Both the position numbers and the translations under genes were made by a program. The notes under the pieces are model-generated. The model was not told the origin of the DNA. It did not search any database and saw only the letters and a program-made list of their open reading frames with translations. DNA of 63,237 nt, filler included, from Octopus bimaculoides (lineage: Eukaryota): assembly GCF_001194135.2 (NCBI RefSeq). It is 6 parts of 4 records of this genome, joined end to end, with 100 filler letters (N's around TTAATTAATTAA, not from the genome) between each part and the next. Parts side by side here need not be neighbours in the genome. Positions count along the whole stretch, not along the records: positions 6,682 to 33,769 come from NC_068981.1; positions 33,870 to 43,182 come from NC_068987.1; 4 more parts are not named here. The stretch is one strand, 5' to 3'. Positions 23,800 to 36,559 of the stretch are shown here, one piece after another; the stretch's first letter is position 1, and each line of letters starts with the position of its first letter.

Positions 23800-24600
23800 C
23801 AAATAATCCGTTTCTCATGGTTAAGAAGTTAGTGAAAAATGTAAATATACGCTCATCTACTATTTTATTTGATAGATCTTCCTTCAACAAGGTAGACACT
23901 ACTTACAGTGAAGCGTTAGAACAAAGAGGATTTCAAGATAAAACTAATCATAGCAATCGTGGTAATTGCCAGACAAGTAGAAACAGAAAAGCGTTAAATC
24001 ATTTGTGTGTGTCTCTTTTTAGTCACAATCTAAACCCCAATTGTTTGACATCTTGTTCTGTCAGATAAACACTTTTTGAAGAATGATAAATATTATAAAA
24101 TTTTAAATAGAGATAACGTTAAATTTAGCTTCAGCTGCCCACATAGTTTTGCTACAAAAATAGCAAATATCAATAGTAAAAACCAACAACAATCTAAATC
24201 TAATAACTTCCGTTATTGTAACCGTCTTAATTTTCTATTAAATAATTCATGTCTCTCGAAATCAACTGTTTATTGTGCAAAAAGTATTTACAGGTGATAA
24301 TTCAGTTTCCAAAGATTATATCAGGTCGATGAAAATAATTTAAAGAGACATTTTGATCGGAATCAACGTTCTTTTAGAAATCTGGACAGATTTTTTTTGG
24401 ATGCTACTTTAACAAAATACATATATGGTTTCAAAAAATAGCATTTAAAAATAACAATGTTAGAGGCTATAACATATAGAATATATTGCATTATACTGAA
24501 TCTTATAAACATGCTAATAACAGTGTGACCTTTGCTTTTCAGAGAAAATTAATATACAATTTCATAAAGGCTCAATTTTTAACACCCGTTCAGAGTTTAT
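23800..24600 (+). pseudogene. Penelope-like element 3' relic
   Basis: Decayed motifs YSEALEQRGF, KILNRDNVKFSFSC, SCLSKSTVY, and C-terminal CDLCFSEK...LNTRSE; many stops and frameshifts. Confidence 0.65.
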
Positions 24601-25149
24601 ATCTTTTTTTGTCAACACAAATATTTGCTAAAATATTTTAAATCACATCACAGCTATAAACTGAACTGTCACGTAATGCATTAATCTACGCTCAAAAATT
24701 TACTTTAGTTAACGCGAACAAAAGAAAATTCGTTATTTTTATTGCGATATATGAAAAAGAAAATAATAATAAGGAACAGGTGGGCAAACGTCAGCCAGTC
24801 TTCTTATACAACAGCATTCTAACTACATCAAAACGTTCTATATTGTTAACATGCTTATTCAATGGTTTTATAAATGTATCATATATAAATAATTGTTTCA
24901 TTTATTTCGTTTGTTGCTTGAAAATCGATAACACGTGAAACTAATTGTCACAATCTATGTAATTTCAGCTTAAAATAAATTTGTAATCTGCTCCCATACT
25001 GAGATCTTTTCATCTCTGGCTTGCTTACCGACTGTTATTTATCTCATCTCTCACACACTCCTTTCTTTCTTTTTCTCTTTCGTTCTTTCTCTCTTTCTTT
25101 TGATCTCTCTCTCTTTTTCTGCGTCTGTGTTTGTATGCATATATATGAA

Positions 25150-25185
25150 TATATGTGTATGTATGTATGTATACATGTGTGTATG

Positions 25186-25219
<34 letters not shown>

Positions 25220-25391
25220 TACATACATATGTATGTACGCATATGTATGTATGCGCGTGTATGACACTAAGACTCAACAAAATTCAGCCTGTCTAAGCGC
25301 GTACACAGACAGACAGACAAGCAGACAGACAAGCAGACAGACAAGCAGACAGACAAGCAGACAGACAGACATACATACAGACAGACAGACT

Positions 25392-25472
<81 letters not shown>

Positions 25473-25519
25473 CCAGACCGACATAAAAATATAATTGTAA
25501 ACACGCTATATACACACAC

Positions 25520-25550
<31 letters not shown>

Positions 25551-25625
25551 TGTATGTATGTATGTATGTATGCATGCATGTATGTACGTACGTCTGTATG
25601 TATGTATGTATGTATGTATGTTTGT
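25150..25625. repeat. Compound (TATG)n/(AGAC)n/(GATA)n microsatellite
   Basis: Read directly from the sequence. Confidence 0.95.
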
Positions 25626-25628
25626 ATA

Positions 25629-26511
25629 TGCGAGGTGGTTTCTGGACTAGTTATGTTTAATAAAACGTAACTTAGTTACCTAAGGTTTAACATAATCTCC
25701 ATTGAAATAGTCACCTTGCGCAGCAATACATCGGTTCCAGCGATCCTGCTACTTTTGGAATCCGGCTTCGAAGTCGTTTTCCATAAGCGAGTCGAGGATC
25801 TTCTGCGATCCACTCTTGACCTCGACAACAGTGTTTAAACGGTGACCTTTGAGCTGCATTTTTAATATTGGGGAAGAGATGGAAGTCCGCAGTTCCTAAA
25901 TCTGACGAACCGGGCGGTGTGGAAGCGATACCATGTTGTTTTTGGCTAGAAACTCACGAGTGAGGAGAGCCCGGTGAAAGGGTGAATCGTCGTCGTGAAG
26001 GATCAAAACGTCACGATTGCCTGCACGGATCCATACGATTGACCAACAATATCATTAATGATGATTATCCTCATGCACAAGCTGATGAATTTTCTCAACA
26101 ATTCCGGATGTGATGCTTGTGACTGATCTTCCAGATCGCTCACCGTCTTCCAGAGACGTCCTTCTGCTTTTGAAGAGCCCGTGCCTCTCGAAACATTATG
26201 TACGATTCATTGCTTTATCGCCATAAGCTTGCCGGAGCATTCTCAATGTTTCTAGCAGACTTCCCAATTTTAACGCAAAATTTCACGTTGACCCTTTGTT
26301 CGAACTTTCTGTCAATAACAAAAATCGCAGACTGCAGCATACACGTGATCACAAAAGCACAAATTTCACAAATTGCGAAGTAAACAGTGATGTCACTCGG
26401 CACACTGCCTCAGGAAGGTCACTGCTAGGTCTCACTGCGCACTCAACCGTGTACTGTCATCAGTTGGAGCGCTACAGAACTAGTCCAGGAACTTTTTGAT
26501 ATTACCGCGTA
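25629..26511 (-). mobile_element. Internally deleted mariner-like element
   Basis: TIR TACGCGGTAATATCAAAAAGTTCCTGGACTAGT at the right end and degenerate TGCGAGGTGGTTTCTGGACTAGT at the left; N-terminus EQRVNVKFCVKIGKSA; C-terminus FQK*QDRWNRCIAAQGDYF; inserted in (TATG)n. Confidence 0.85.
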
Positions 26512-28330
26512 TGTATGTATGTATGTATGTACGTATGTTATTATTTAGTTTTATTTCAAGACTTCTGGCCAACAGAAAAAGAGCCGGGTTCTAACCTAGA
26601 TCTAAGGCTCCTTCATTTGAATTTCACCAACATAAAGGCATTTGTGTATGTATATATGTGTGTCTGTGTGCAGTATTTGGAATCAGTGCATTTTCAGGTG
26701 TGTATGTTTGTTTTATGCGTGTATGCTTATGCATGTAGTTGCATGCCAAGACTTGCGCATATATACTTAAATGCTAAACTTCTTTTACTATGCTCTCTCT
26801 GGTAAGTTTATGTATGTATGTATGTATGCATGTAGTTCTTTTCTGTTTTTAGTAATTTAAATTCTTCCTCTAACGAAGGAGCTGCTTTCTAGCAAAATTA
26901 CAAATCTCTATCACTGCAATGAAAATAACATAAGCAGTGTTACATTTTAAACCTAAGAAAAGTCTTGCATATTTTTACTGTTCCGCTTACAGATTGTATT
27001 TGTAATGTGCGAGTTAGTTGGTTGATTTCTTTTTCTAAAAGCCCTAACTTATCTAGATTGTCACTTAGGCATTTACTTACAAAGCCAAGTGCACAAATTA
27101 TTATGGGTATAAATAATCTGGATATATAACCTGGATATAAAGCTGGATGTTTCGAAGTAACAGTCCATAGTTATCCACTTTGTCTTTGATTTTCGAAGAG
27201 ATATTCACGTCAGCAGGACAGCTGACCTCTATGTTGGTACATAATTTTTTTGCTGACCCGAACAACAATATCCAACCTAACATTTGACAGATGTTTTGAT
27301 GGGAATATTCCACCAGTATTCCTTGTGTTGATGTTTGCGAATATATTTAATTACGTGGGGACTCTATTTATTCCAGGACAGTCTTTTTTTCCAAATGACA
27401 TTGTACATTGATTTTGCGACAATGTCGTGTGGCATAGGGAGGTAGTACCTTGATGACATTTTTAGGAACATACTCAACACTTATGTGATATCTGGGGTGA
27501 TTCAAATCTGAGAGTAGAGTAAAATTTAATGATGCATTCTTGTTGACTGGGACTTCAAGTTTCGTCTAGCACCTTATTCAACCAGTTGCTGAATCAGCTT
27601 TAAGGTGAAACTTTTAATACATGGGTTCCAGCAATCCTGCTACTTTTGGAATCCGGCTTCGAAGTAGTTTTCCATAAGCTACAGCTCATAAGCTGTAACT
27701 AGATCAAATCAAAGCATACAAATATACATACTTTTGATGTGTTTTGGTGTTTGGTTATTTCAGGCTTGTAGACAGGATCTTTCATATTTTCACAATATGT
27801 CAACAATTGCATTGTGTAATGCACGATATTGTATACTCCAGTATTTGCATTGATAACTGTGATTTTGTTGGATTGTGTGAATCCTGATTCTGTTTCTTTG
27901 TGGAATTGGTTCCGTAGGACTTTTGTAGCTTGCGAAGGTATTTTTATTTCATTCATTTATATGTGATCCCGGTGTGATAATGCCTGGTAAGTGATTAGAG
28001 GAGGGGTTTGGTCATTGTTAACAATGTAGTTTGGGCAGCTAGATGTGTATAGCAGAAAGGGATGTTTTAGTTTTTATTGATAAATTATGAGAGTGCATTG
28101 ATCGATTCGTTTCAAATGTAAAGGAAATATAGATGCGATGCCATGAAATCTCTCTTTTGGTTATCTGTATTTGCTTCGTGCATTGAAAATTCTCCCAGTG
28201 GTGGTCTTTAAGAGAATGTTTAATAGTTCCAGTGGAAGAATGGTGTGACAATTGTTGCTGTTAAGACCCAGATATGCTCTGGTTAAGCTGACCTGTAATA
28301 AATGAGTTCCAGTTATGGTCATATTAACTA
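26512..28330 (-). mobile_element. Second R4/Dong-like LINE relic (3' third)
   Basis: DITH...KMSSRYYLPMPHDIVAKSMY, EYWWNIPIKTSVKC, IEVSCPADVNI..KIKDKVDNY.LL; 3'UTR 26538-26700 aligns with 7345-7500; (TACA)n tail. Confidence 0.75.
27619..27679 (-). mobile_element. Mariner fragment of the same family as 25629-26511
   Basis: GGTTCCAGCAATCCTGCTACTTTTGGAATCCGGCTTCGAAGTAGTTTTCCATAAGC is near identical to 25734-25789. Confidence 0.8.
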
Positions 28331-28654
28331 CTTTATCCAATATATCTACGATTACATTATCCGATTTCTCGAGACGGTAAAATGTAATTTTCGGGAAACT
28401 TCGCTGCTATTCCTAACACGTCGATGGGGCCCTGTAGATCGGTGGTTCTCAACCGGGATTCATATGACCCTTGTGGGGTCCATGTAAGAATTCTGGTTTT
28501 AAAATTTATGTATAATAAATTTGTTTTACTTCTACAATACACAAAATGTTTTAACAATTTTTAATACAATTCCTAATAATATTTAATAATAATAATAATA
28601 ATAATATAATAATTTATTATTAATAATAATAATTCAAATGTTTAAGTGAATCTC

Positions 28655-29036
28655 TCTTTTACTTGTTTCAGTCATTTGACTGTGGCCATGCTGGAGCACC
28701 GACTTTAGTCGAGCAAATCGACTCCAGGACTTAGTCTTTGTAACCCTAGTACTTATTCTATCGGTCCCTTTAGCTGAACCACTAAGTTACGGGGACGTAA
28801 ACACACCAGCATCGGTTGTCAAGTGAGGTTGGTGGTGGGGGGAGCAAACACAAACACACAAACACACACACACACACACACATATATACATATACATATA
28901 TACGATGGGCTTCTTTCAGTTTCCGTCTACCAAATCCACTCCAAAGCTTTGGTCGGCCCGAGGCTATAGAAGAAGACACTTGCCCAAGGTGCCACGCATG
29001 TGGTTGTTAAGCAACCTACTTACTACACAACCACTC
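28655..29036 (-). mobile_element. SINE family A nested in MITE
   Basis: Matches family A throughout; flanked by AAATGTTTAAGTGAATCTC / AAATGTTGAAGTGAACCTC repeats. Confidence 0.85.
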
Positions 29037-29127
29037 AATAATATGATAACTTATTATTAATTATAATTTAAATGTTGAAGTGAACCTCATAATATTTAAT
29101 AAAATAAATAAATAAATAAATAAATAA

Positions 29128-29372
29128 ATGCGCCCTTTGAAATCCTAGCCAGGCTCATGGGCCCGGTTTCCCGGTTTCAATGGCCTATGCGTTCTCCAGC
29201 TGGACGGGACGCCAGTCATCGCAGTGTTATTCATTTTTGCCTGCTGAGTGGACTGGAGCAACGTGAAATGAAGTGTTTCGCTCAAGAACACAACACGTCG
29301 GCCAGTCCAGGAATCGAAACCACAATCTTACGATCATGATGCTGACACCCTAACCACTAAGCCGCGCGCCTC
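29128..29372 (-). mobile_element. SINE family C nested in MITE
   Basis: Minus-strand head GGCGCGCGGCTTAGTGGTTAGGGTGTC...GGTTTCGATTCC (A/B boxes), (TAAA)n tail, flanking ATAATATTTAAT duplication. Confidence 0.85.
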
Positions 29373-29584
29373 CACAATAATATTTAATTATGAACATAAA
29401 ATGATTTTTTAAACATCGAATAGCTATGGGATGGGGGATGTCAACCGAGTAAAATAGGAATCAAAGGGTTTCATAGGTAAAAAAAAAATAAGGGTTGAGA
29501 AACACTGCTGCAAAGCTTCCCCCGTTGATGAGTCAGTCGGAAAGGTTTTTAGTGGCATTTATAAGTTTATTTGGTAATCAAAAT

Positions 29585-30132
29585 TCGTGTTGTTGGGTGC
29601 CGAAAAGTTCCTGGCTTTAAGGGCATCGCGAAAGGGTAGAGTTACTACCTTTACAGGGGAGATTGGACAATTGTTTAGGAGAAGATACGCAAAAAATCAT
29701 GATAGTATACAATATATCTTTCTCTTTTTTACAGATTTAACTCATGATAGTTAAATCCTCCTACGGTGGATTTTGGCAAAATTGAAGCAAGGTGGTCATG
29801 AAGTTCCTCTTTTCGCAAGGCAAAGGAGCATCAGGAATTCATGGTAAGAAGAAAGGAAATTCTGGGTGTCAAGGTTTCGGGCTAGGTACTTTGAGTTCAC
29901 TGATGAACCACGGTCAAGACGGTCAACTTCCGTAACTATAGGGAACAAGGCCAACGCTGTGCACGACATGATTCTCGAGAGTCCGAGTTCTATTAACAGG
30001 ACTTAGAAAACTGAAAGACTGCTGCAATAAGTGAGTGACTCAGGGAGGGGAATATGCTGAATAAAATCATAATTAACTGATTGTCCTGCACTTTGTTTTA
30101 CCCAAAGCTAAGAACTCTTCGGCATCCCCTCG
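29585..30132 (+). mobile_element. Internally deleted mariner-like element
   Basis: Inverted ends GGGTGCCGAAAAGTTCCTGGCTTT and AAAGCTAAGAACTCTTCGGCATCCCCTCG; C-terminal remnant GLRKLKDCCNK*VTQGG. Confidence 0.65.
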
Positions 30133-31599
30133 GGGCTTGTTTAATGACACCACAGGCACGAAAAACAATAGATTAATATCATTATATTTAAGGACTATCA
30201 AAAAGCTAGCAAGAAATATTCTTGCGGTGAGCAAAAACAAAAGAAAAAAAGGAAAACAATCTTAGTCAATGGAGATAATTCCAAACATGTTTTGGTCTTA
30301 TATTTACCTCATCAACAATTCATATCTTACGCAGAGTAGTAATTATACAATTACTAAATGTAGATCATTGTTGTCATACGAAAATAGAATTGTTTAGAGA
30401 AAAAATTATTCAGAGAGGCACTCCCCATGCGAAAACAACTGTTAAGTTAGTATTCACATATTTAATGTAGTACGTATTAAAAATTTAAATAAAAATAATT
30501 ATGCAATCAGAAAGAAATAACATTATTCGGTAACCTGTGTTTAACATTATCATCGTTTTTCCTAAATATCTCGTTGACAATATGTTTCGATCTTATTCTG
30601 TTCTCAGCAGCTTAGAATTCGCAATATTGCTGAAATAATAATGCCGAGTAAATGTACAAGAACAGTGAAGTCTCTTCTTTGCAGGTGAGTTCAGAATAAG
30701 ACCTAAACATACCTGGAGCTCTGTTCCGTTGAAACCGGAAAAGATAAAATGAATATTAGTCATTGATTGATATTGATCAATATTGGCTTTTCTCACTCTA
30801 TAATTATTTCTGGTTATTTTAATGACCTTTGCATTAAATACATTAACACTAACTTATCTATTGTTTTAATGCGGATAGCGACTCTAAATCATTTAACCTT
30901 CAAACAATTCTATTTCCAACGCCAGCCAATGTACAATCTTGTACATTTATAGTCATTCCCTGGTGCATAATTTAAAAGCCATTATCACGCTACGCTCTAA
31001 GTTAAATGAGAAAACGTTCTAAATTTCGTACGTGAAAATTTTCTTCAACTCATTTGACTTCGTTCATTAAATTTGTGATATTTAATACGGGGAATACTTT
31101 CCAGGAAGTTTATCAGCTGGTGTTATTTAAAACACCATCTGCTTTCTCTCATTATTTATTAAAAAAATTTATCCTCGTTTCTATATACCTCAAAACATTT
31201 GGTTAAATTTGTGCCATAACTTCTCATCAATCATCTCTACAGACTGGCTGCTCTAACTTCTGAAGATAAATTAGTTTTCAAATGTTCCCCTTTTTAATAT
31301 GTTTAGCCTCACCTACATTTTGTTTTACTCGGTGATGAGTTGAGGAAAGATTTGTTAGAGAGCAATATATGGCACGTAACTTAATGTTAAGAGTGTGGCA
31401 CTGACGAATATAAGATTGTGGTTTCAGTTTCCAGATCGAGTGATATATTGTGTTCTTGAACAAAACACTTCATGTTGCTTCAGTCCACTCAGCTGTAAAT
31501 GAGTTCTAGCTGTAAATGAGTTCTAGCTGTAACTGGGAAATTAACCCTGGGACGGGCCGGCGTCCCACGCCAAAGAAATTGGGTTCACTCCTTAGACCT

Positions 31600-31779
31600 A
31601 AATCTAAGCTTAACTCTAACATATTGTCCGCGTTCTTTAATAGGGCTTAGAAAAACTGAAGAACCGCTGCAATAAATATGTGAATCTGAGAGGGAAATAT
31701 GTTGAATAAAATCATAATTAACTGAACCTCCTGTATTTTCTTTTACCCAAAGCCAGATACTTTTCAACAACCCCACGTA
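31600..31779 (+). mobile_element. Mariner 3' end of the same family as 29585-30132
   Basis: GAATAAAATCATAATTAACTGA...TTTTACCCAAAGCCAGATACTTTTCAACAACCCCACGTA aligns with 30058-30132. Confidence 0.7.
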
Positions 31780-31873
31780 ATGTTGTTGCTTGGTCTATGT
31801 CAACCCTGACTGAATAGACTAATGAGCAAAGGTATTTTATCCGGCCATGACCATTCCGCTTTTATATCGAATA

Positions 31874-33068
31874 CTAGCAGTATAACCCGGCGCTGCTCGG
31901 GATTAAGCTAGGATTATTAAATTATTAAGTCCTTTATTTCAAACCAAAATAAGTAACATCGACATCAGATTTGAGCGAAATCCGTTGAAATTGGTTTGGC
32001 TGAAAATGGTTTGCTGGCAATTTGATTGGGAAATCCCATAAGGAATCAGTTTATTGGTTATTTTCACTTATTGACTCTTTTTTTAAATGTTGCATTAGAG
32101 ATCTGCATAGGAGAAGGTTGATCTGAAGGTTTGCATTGGGGATCTGGACTGGAGTAACTTAGGAAAGCTTACCAACAACCTTAACCAAAAAATAAGGAGC
32201 CCGTCCCTTCTATGTTAACTCTAACCCTAACCCTAAAGCCTAACCCTGACCCTAAAACCGTAACCCTAACCCTAATCCTAATCCTAACCGTAACACCCTA
32301 GTGGAAATCGTGCGGGTGTTAATCTGAAAAATTACCAAACCCTTTTTGTGGTCCGAAAAACGGGTTGGGGGGTGGGGTGACTGACAAATTGTTACATACG
32401 TTTTTGTTTCATAGTTGTGAAATATAAACAAAACTCTTTCGCTCCCAAAGTAGTATATGTGCGTATGTGTGAGAGTGAGAGGGGGGCGGAGAAAGATGAA
32501 CGATTTAAAATAAATGATTTAAAATAAATATATTTGAATTGTTGTGTGAGAAAGTATATATAATCTCATTATAGAATATAGTGTCTTTCAAAAACATCTT
32601 ATATTTGAAACTATATCTCATGTTTAAGAAAAAAAATGCATTTTACTCTGTCTTCCTTCGCTACATTTTCTTTCGTAATACGCTTTGTCTCCCTCTTCCA
32701 CTTTTTTCATTTTTTTTTTAGACGCTTGGCAAACACTCTGTTTCTCCCCTTGTCACAAACACACTATTTATTTCTTTCTCTCTTTTTTCTTTCTTTCTCC
32801 CTCTCTTTCTTTCTTTCTCTCTCTCTCCTTCACGCGCGTACGCACAGATTTGACTTCGCCATGTCAACAAACTTCAAAATTGGTAAAAGTTTATCGATTT
32901 TTACAGCTATACGCGGGTGCCCCTGTGAGAAAAAGTTGACAAAAACACAGATAGGGTCATGAACAATGTCCTCCTAAAATTGGAGCGACATGCGTGCTAA
33001 TTTGTGGACGTGCATAACCCACATCACGTACACACACACACAAACATCTTGTGTTTTATAGATATTGA
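31874..33068 (-). mobile_element. Non-autonomous Helitron-like element
   Basis: On minus: A|TC start, subterminal (GT)n, 3' hairpin CCCGAGCAGCGCCGGG about 8 nt before CTAG|T; no TSD. Confidence 0.7.
32221..32300. repeat. Interstitial telomere-like (TAACCC)n, degenerate
   Basis: About 12 imperfect CTAACC/CTAATC/GTAACC units. Confidence 0.8.
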
Positions 33069-33402
33069 TTATCTGTCTTAGTCCACACTATCTTTTCAAG
33101 GTAGTAAAGGTGTAATTTAAGAGTAAATCAGCTATTTCTAGCAGGGTACGTAGAGACTCCATCAGTGACTCATTTTATAGCGAAGTGTCCAGTGGCATTT
33201 CTGCAATAAAGCTAGTTAAAGGACTCGATATTTATTTCATCTGACCCGAGAGAAGGAAAAATATATGTTCTACAGAAGGATTTGAACCCAGAACAGTTAC
33301 ATTCCGTAAAATATCCAGTTATCGCTTGTTGTTAAGCACTCATTCAAATGATCCATAAACAAAAACGTTCCCGTCGTGACCACTTCATCTTTTCGTTTGT
33401 TG

Positions 33403-33769
33403 TTGGCACTCCGTCGCTTACGATGTGGAGGGTTCCAGTTAATCCGATCAACAGAACAGCCTGCTCGTGAAATTAACGTGCAAGTGGCTGAGCACTCCAC
33501 AGACACGTGTACCCTTAACGTAATTCTTGGGGATATTCAGCGTGACAAGGCTGACCCTTTGAACTACAGGCACAACAGAAACAGGAAGTAAGAGTGAGAG
33601 AAAGTTGTGGTGAAAGAGTACAGCAGGGTTCGCTACCATCCCCTGCCGGAGCCTCGTGGAACTTTAGGTGTTTTCACTCAGTAAACACTCACAACGCCCG
33701 GTCTGGGAATCGAACCCGCGATCCTACGACCGCGAGTCCGCTGCCCTAACCACTGGGCCATTGCGCCTC
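33403..33769 (-). mobile_element. tRNA-derived SINE family D
   Basis: Head GAGGCGCAATGGCCCAGTGGTTAGGGCAGCGGACTCGCGGTCGTAGGATCGCGGGTTCGATTCCC with clear A and B boxes, followed by 300 bp of non-tRNA body. Confidence 0.85.
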
Positions 33770-33936
33770 NNNNNNNNNNNNNNNNNNNNNNNNNNNNNNN
33801 NNNNNNNNNNNNNTTAATTAATTAANNNNNNNNNNNNNNNNNNNNNNNNNNNNNNNNNNNNNNNNNNNNACATCTTGTAACCTATTCAACAACTCTCCAT
33901 GCCAAGTACCTCCTCCCGTTTACTCCATTTTCTTTG

Positions 33937-34256
33937 TTTGCCAAATAAACTCACGCACAATATATTCGTTCTTCCCTTCAGCTTTATTATTGTTCCTATT
34001 ATAGTATCCTTTCTCTAAACTATTTCGTCACACATCTTGTAACCTATTCAACAACTCTCCATGCCAAGTACCTCCTCCCGTTTACTCCATTTTCAGCATG
34101 GACTAAACAGAACAGGAAGAGACACTTCGAATGGAGGGTCGCTGAACAGGTCATAGGATGTGTGACGAAAGATTTCAGAGGAGGGACACTAAAATAAGAA
34201 CAACAATAAAGCTGAAGTGAAGAACGAATATATAGAGCGTGTGTTTATTTGGCAAA
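33937..34256. repeat. Fold-back palindrome (about 155-bp arms, 7-nt loop)
   Basis: TTTGCCAAATAAAC...TATATTCGTTCTTC...CAGCTTTATT...TTTCGTCACACATC mirrored at 34135-34256; centre CCAT-TTTCAGC-ATGG. Confidence 0.85.
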
Positions 34257-36559
34257 ACAAAAATAGCCATCACAAAATATAACGTGTGCGTGTATGCGTA
34301 TATATATACACATATATGTGTGTGAATGTGTTTGTGTGTGTGTATATGTGTGTGTTTGTGTAGTCTGTGCGTGTGCGTGTGTGTGTGCGTGTATGTCTGT
34401 GTGTGTGCGTGTACGTGTATGTGTGTGCCTGTGTGCGTGCTGTGTGCATGTGTGTGTCATTGTGTCTATGTTTGTCTCCGTAACCTAGCGGTTACGGGGA
34501 CAAACCGATAGAATAAGTACCAGTCATTAAATAAGTAATGGGATCGATACATTCGACTAAAAATTCTTTAAGATGGTGCCACAGCACGGCCGTAGTCGGA
34601 TCTTTCTGATTTGGCGGACACCATTTGTTTTCTAACGAAACACTTTCAAACATGGGACACTGGTAGAATGCGTTATATAAAACATCTTTTACTCTTAGTG
34701 TTGTTGAGAAAAGTTTATATTTTTAAAGTTATTTCTTGTTAAAGTTGTCGTATTTCGGTAATTTCAACCAATCACTGACGTCTATTGAGGTGAAAACAAA
34801 TACTGTTGTGGAATGTAAACAACACGTTGTGGCGGTGTAATGGGATCTTTTCCCTTGAATAAAATTAGTGCCGTTGTTTGTCAACAACAACTATCGGCGG
34901 TACTNNNNNNNNNNNNNNNNNNNNNNNNNNNNNNNNNNNNNNNNNNNNNNNNNNNNNNNNNNNNNNNNNNNNNNNNNNNNNNNNNNNNNNNNNNNNNNNN
35001 NNNNNNNNNNNNNNNNNNNNNNNNNNNNNNNNNNNNNNNNNNNNNNNNNNNNNNNNNNNNNNNNNNNNNNNNNNNNNNNNNNNNNNNNNNNNNNNNNNNN
35101 NNNNNNNNNNNNNNNNNNNNNNNNNNNNNNNNNNNNNNNNNNNNNNNNNNNNNNNNNNNNNNNNNNNNNNNNNNNNNNNNNNNNNNNNNNNNNNNNNNNN
35201 NNNNNNNNNNNNNNNNNNNNNNNNNNNNNNNNNNNNNNNNNNNNNNNNNNNNNNNNNNNNNNNNNNNNNNNNNNNNNNNNNNNNNNNNNNNNNNNNNNNN
35301 NNNNNNNNNNNNNNNNNNNNNNNNNNNNNNNNNNNNNNNNNNNNNNNNNNNNNNNNNNNNNNNNNNNNNNNNNNNNNNNNNNNNNNNNNNNNNNNNNNNN
35401 NNNNNNNNNNNNNNNNNNNNNNNNNNNNNNNNNNNNNNNNNNNNNNNNNNNNNNNNNNNNNNNNNNNNNNNNNNNNNNNNNNNNNNNNNNNNNNNNNNNN
35501 NNNNNNNNNNNNNNNNNNNNNNNNNNNNNNNNNNNNNNNNNNNNNNNNNNNNNNNNNNNNNNNNNNNNNNNNNNNNNNNNNNNNNNNNNNNNNNNNNNNN
35601 NNNNNNNNNNNNNNNNNNNNNNNNNNNNNNNNNNNNNNNNNNNNNNNNNNNNNNNNNNNNNNNNNNNNNNNNNNNNNNNNNNNNNNNNNNNNNNNNNNNN
35701 NNNNNNNNNNNNNNNNNNNNNNNNNNNNNNNNNNNNNNNNNNNNNNNNNNNNNNNNNNNNNNNNNNNNNNNNNNNNNNNNNNNNNNNNNNNNNNNNNNNN
35801 NNNNNNNNNNNNNNNNNNNNNNNNNNNNNNNNNNNNNNNNNNNNNNNNNNNNNNNNNNNNNNNNNNNNNNNNNNNNATATATATATATATATATATATAC
35901 ACATATGTGTGTGTATGTATGTATACGTATATATATGTATGTAAATATACACTTATATGTTATCTGTTACTGTCATACAGTCATGCCTATCTTAAGATAG
36001 GTAGGCGTTTTTCATATCGCCCATGTCATATAAAGAAATATACACCTTTACAGACCAGTCTCTACACCTCTATCATCAATAGTGAAATGCTAAAAACAGA
36101 ACATCCATGATTTTCAGCTTAACTAATCTTGAATATTTGTGCATGCGTGGTTTTGTATTACAATGATGTATCTATGTCATCAATCATCCTGATGCTTTCC
36201 TCCTGCGTCAATGTAGTAAACAGCTGTATCTATTGACAGAACAATCTTTCATTCATCCATTCCTTTTGTCTAATTATTCATTGTTTATGTCGTTTAGTTT
36301 TGTGGCTTTAATTACAAATATACATGTGAATATATGAATATGTGTGATTATTTTTATGCGTGCGTGCGTGTGCGTGTGTGTGTGTGTGTGTTTGTGTGTA
36401 CATGTAAACGTACATACATATTTATATACAAATATACGCATATGCACTTCAATAGGATTCCATTTGTTGTTTTTCTGACATGATTCTTGAGAACAGCAGT
36501 AACAAGTTTTATTTAAGGATTTAGTAGTGGTACTCCTATCTGCTATATCAATTTGTTTC

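Larger units (their letters stand above)
28440..29507. mobile_element. hAT-like MITE carrying two nested SINEs
   Basis: Termini CGGTGGTTCTCAACC and GGTTGAGAAACACTG are inverted; flanks CTGTAGAT and CTGCAAAG share 5/8 (possible decayed 8-bp TSD). Confidence 0.65.

Noticed and set aside
32221-32300. True telomere
   Set aside because: Short, degenerate and internal to a mobile element in mid-scaffold.
33698-33769. tRNA gene
   Set aside because: A and B boxes are present but the sequence continues into a 300-bp repeat body without a clear acceptor stem or T-run terminator; it is a SINE head.
33871-33932. 62-bp duplication of 34033-34094
   Set aside because: Exact copy lying directly against a gap linker; most likely a contig-end assembly artefact.
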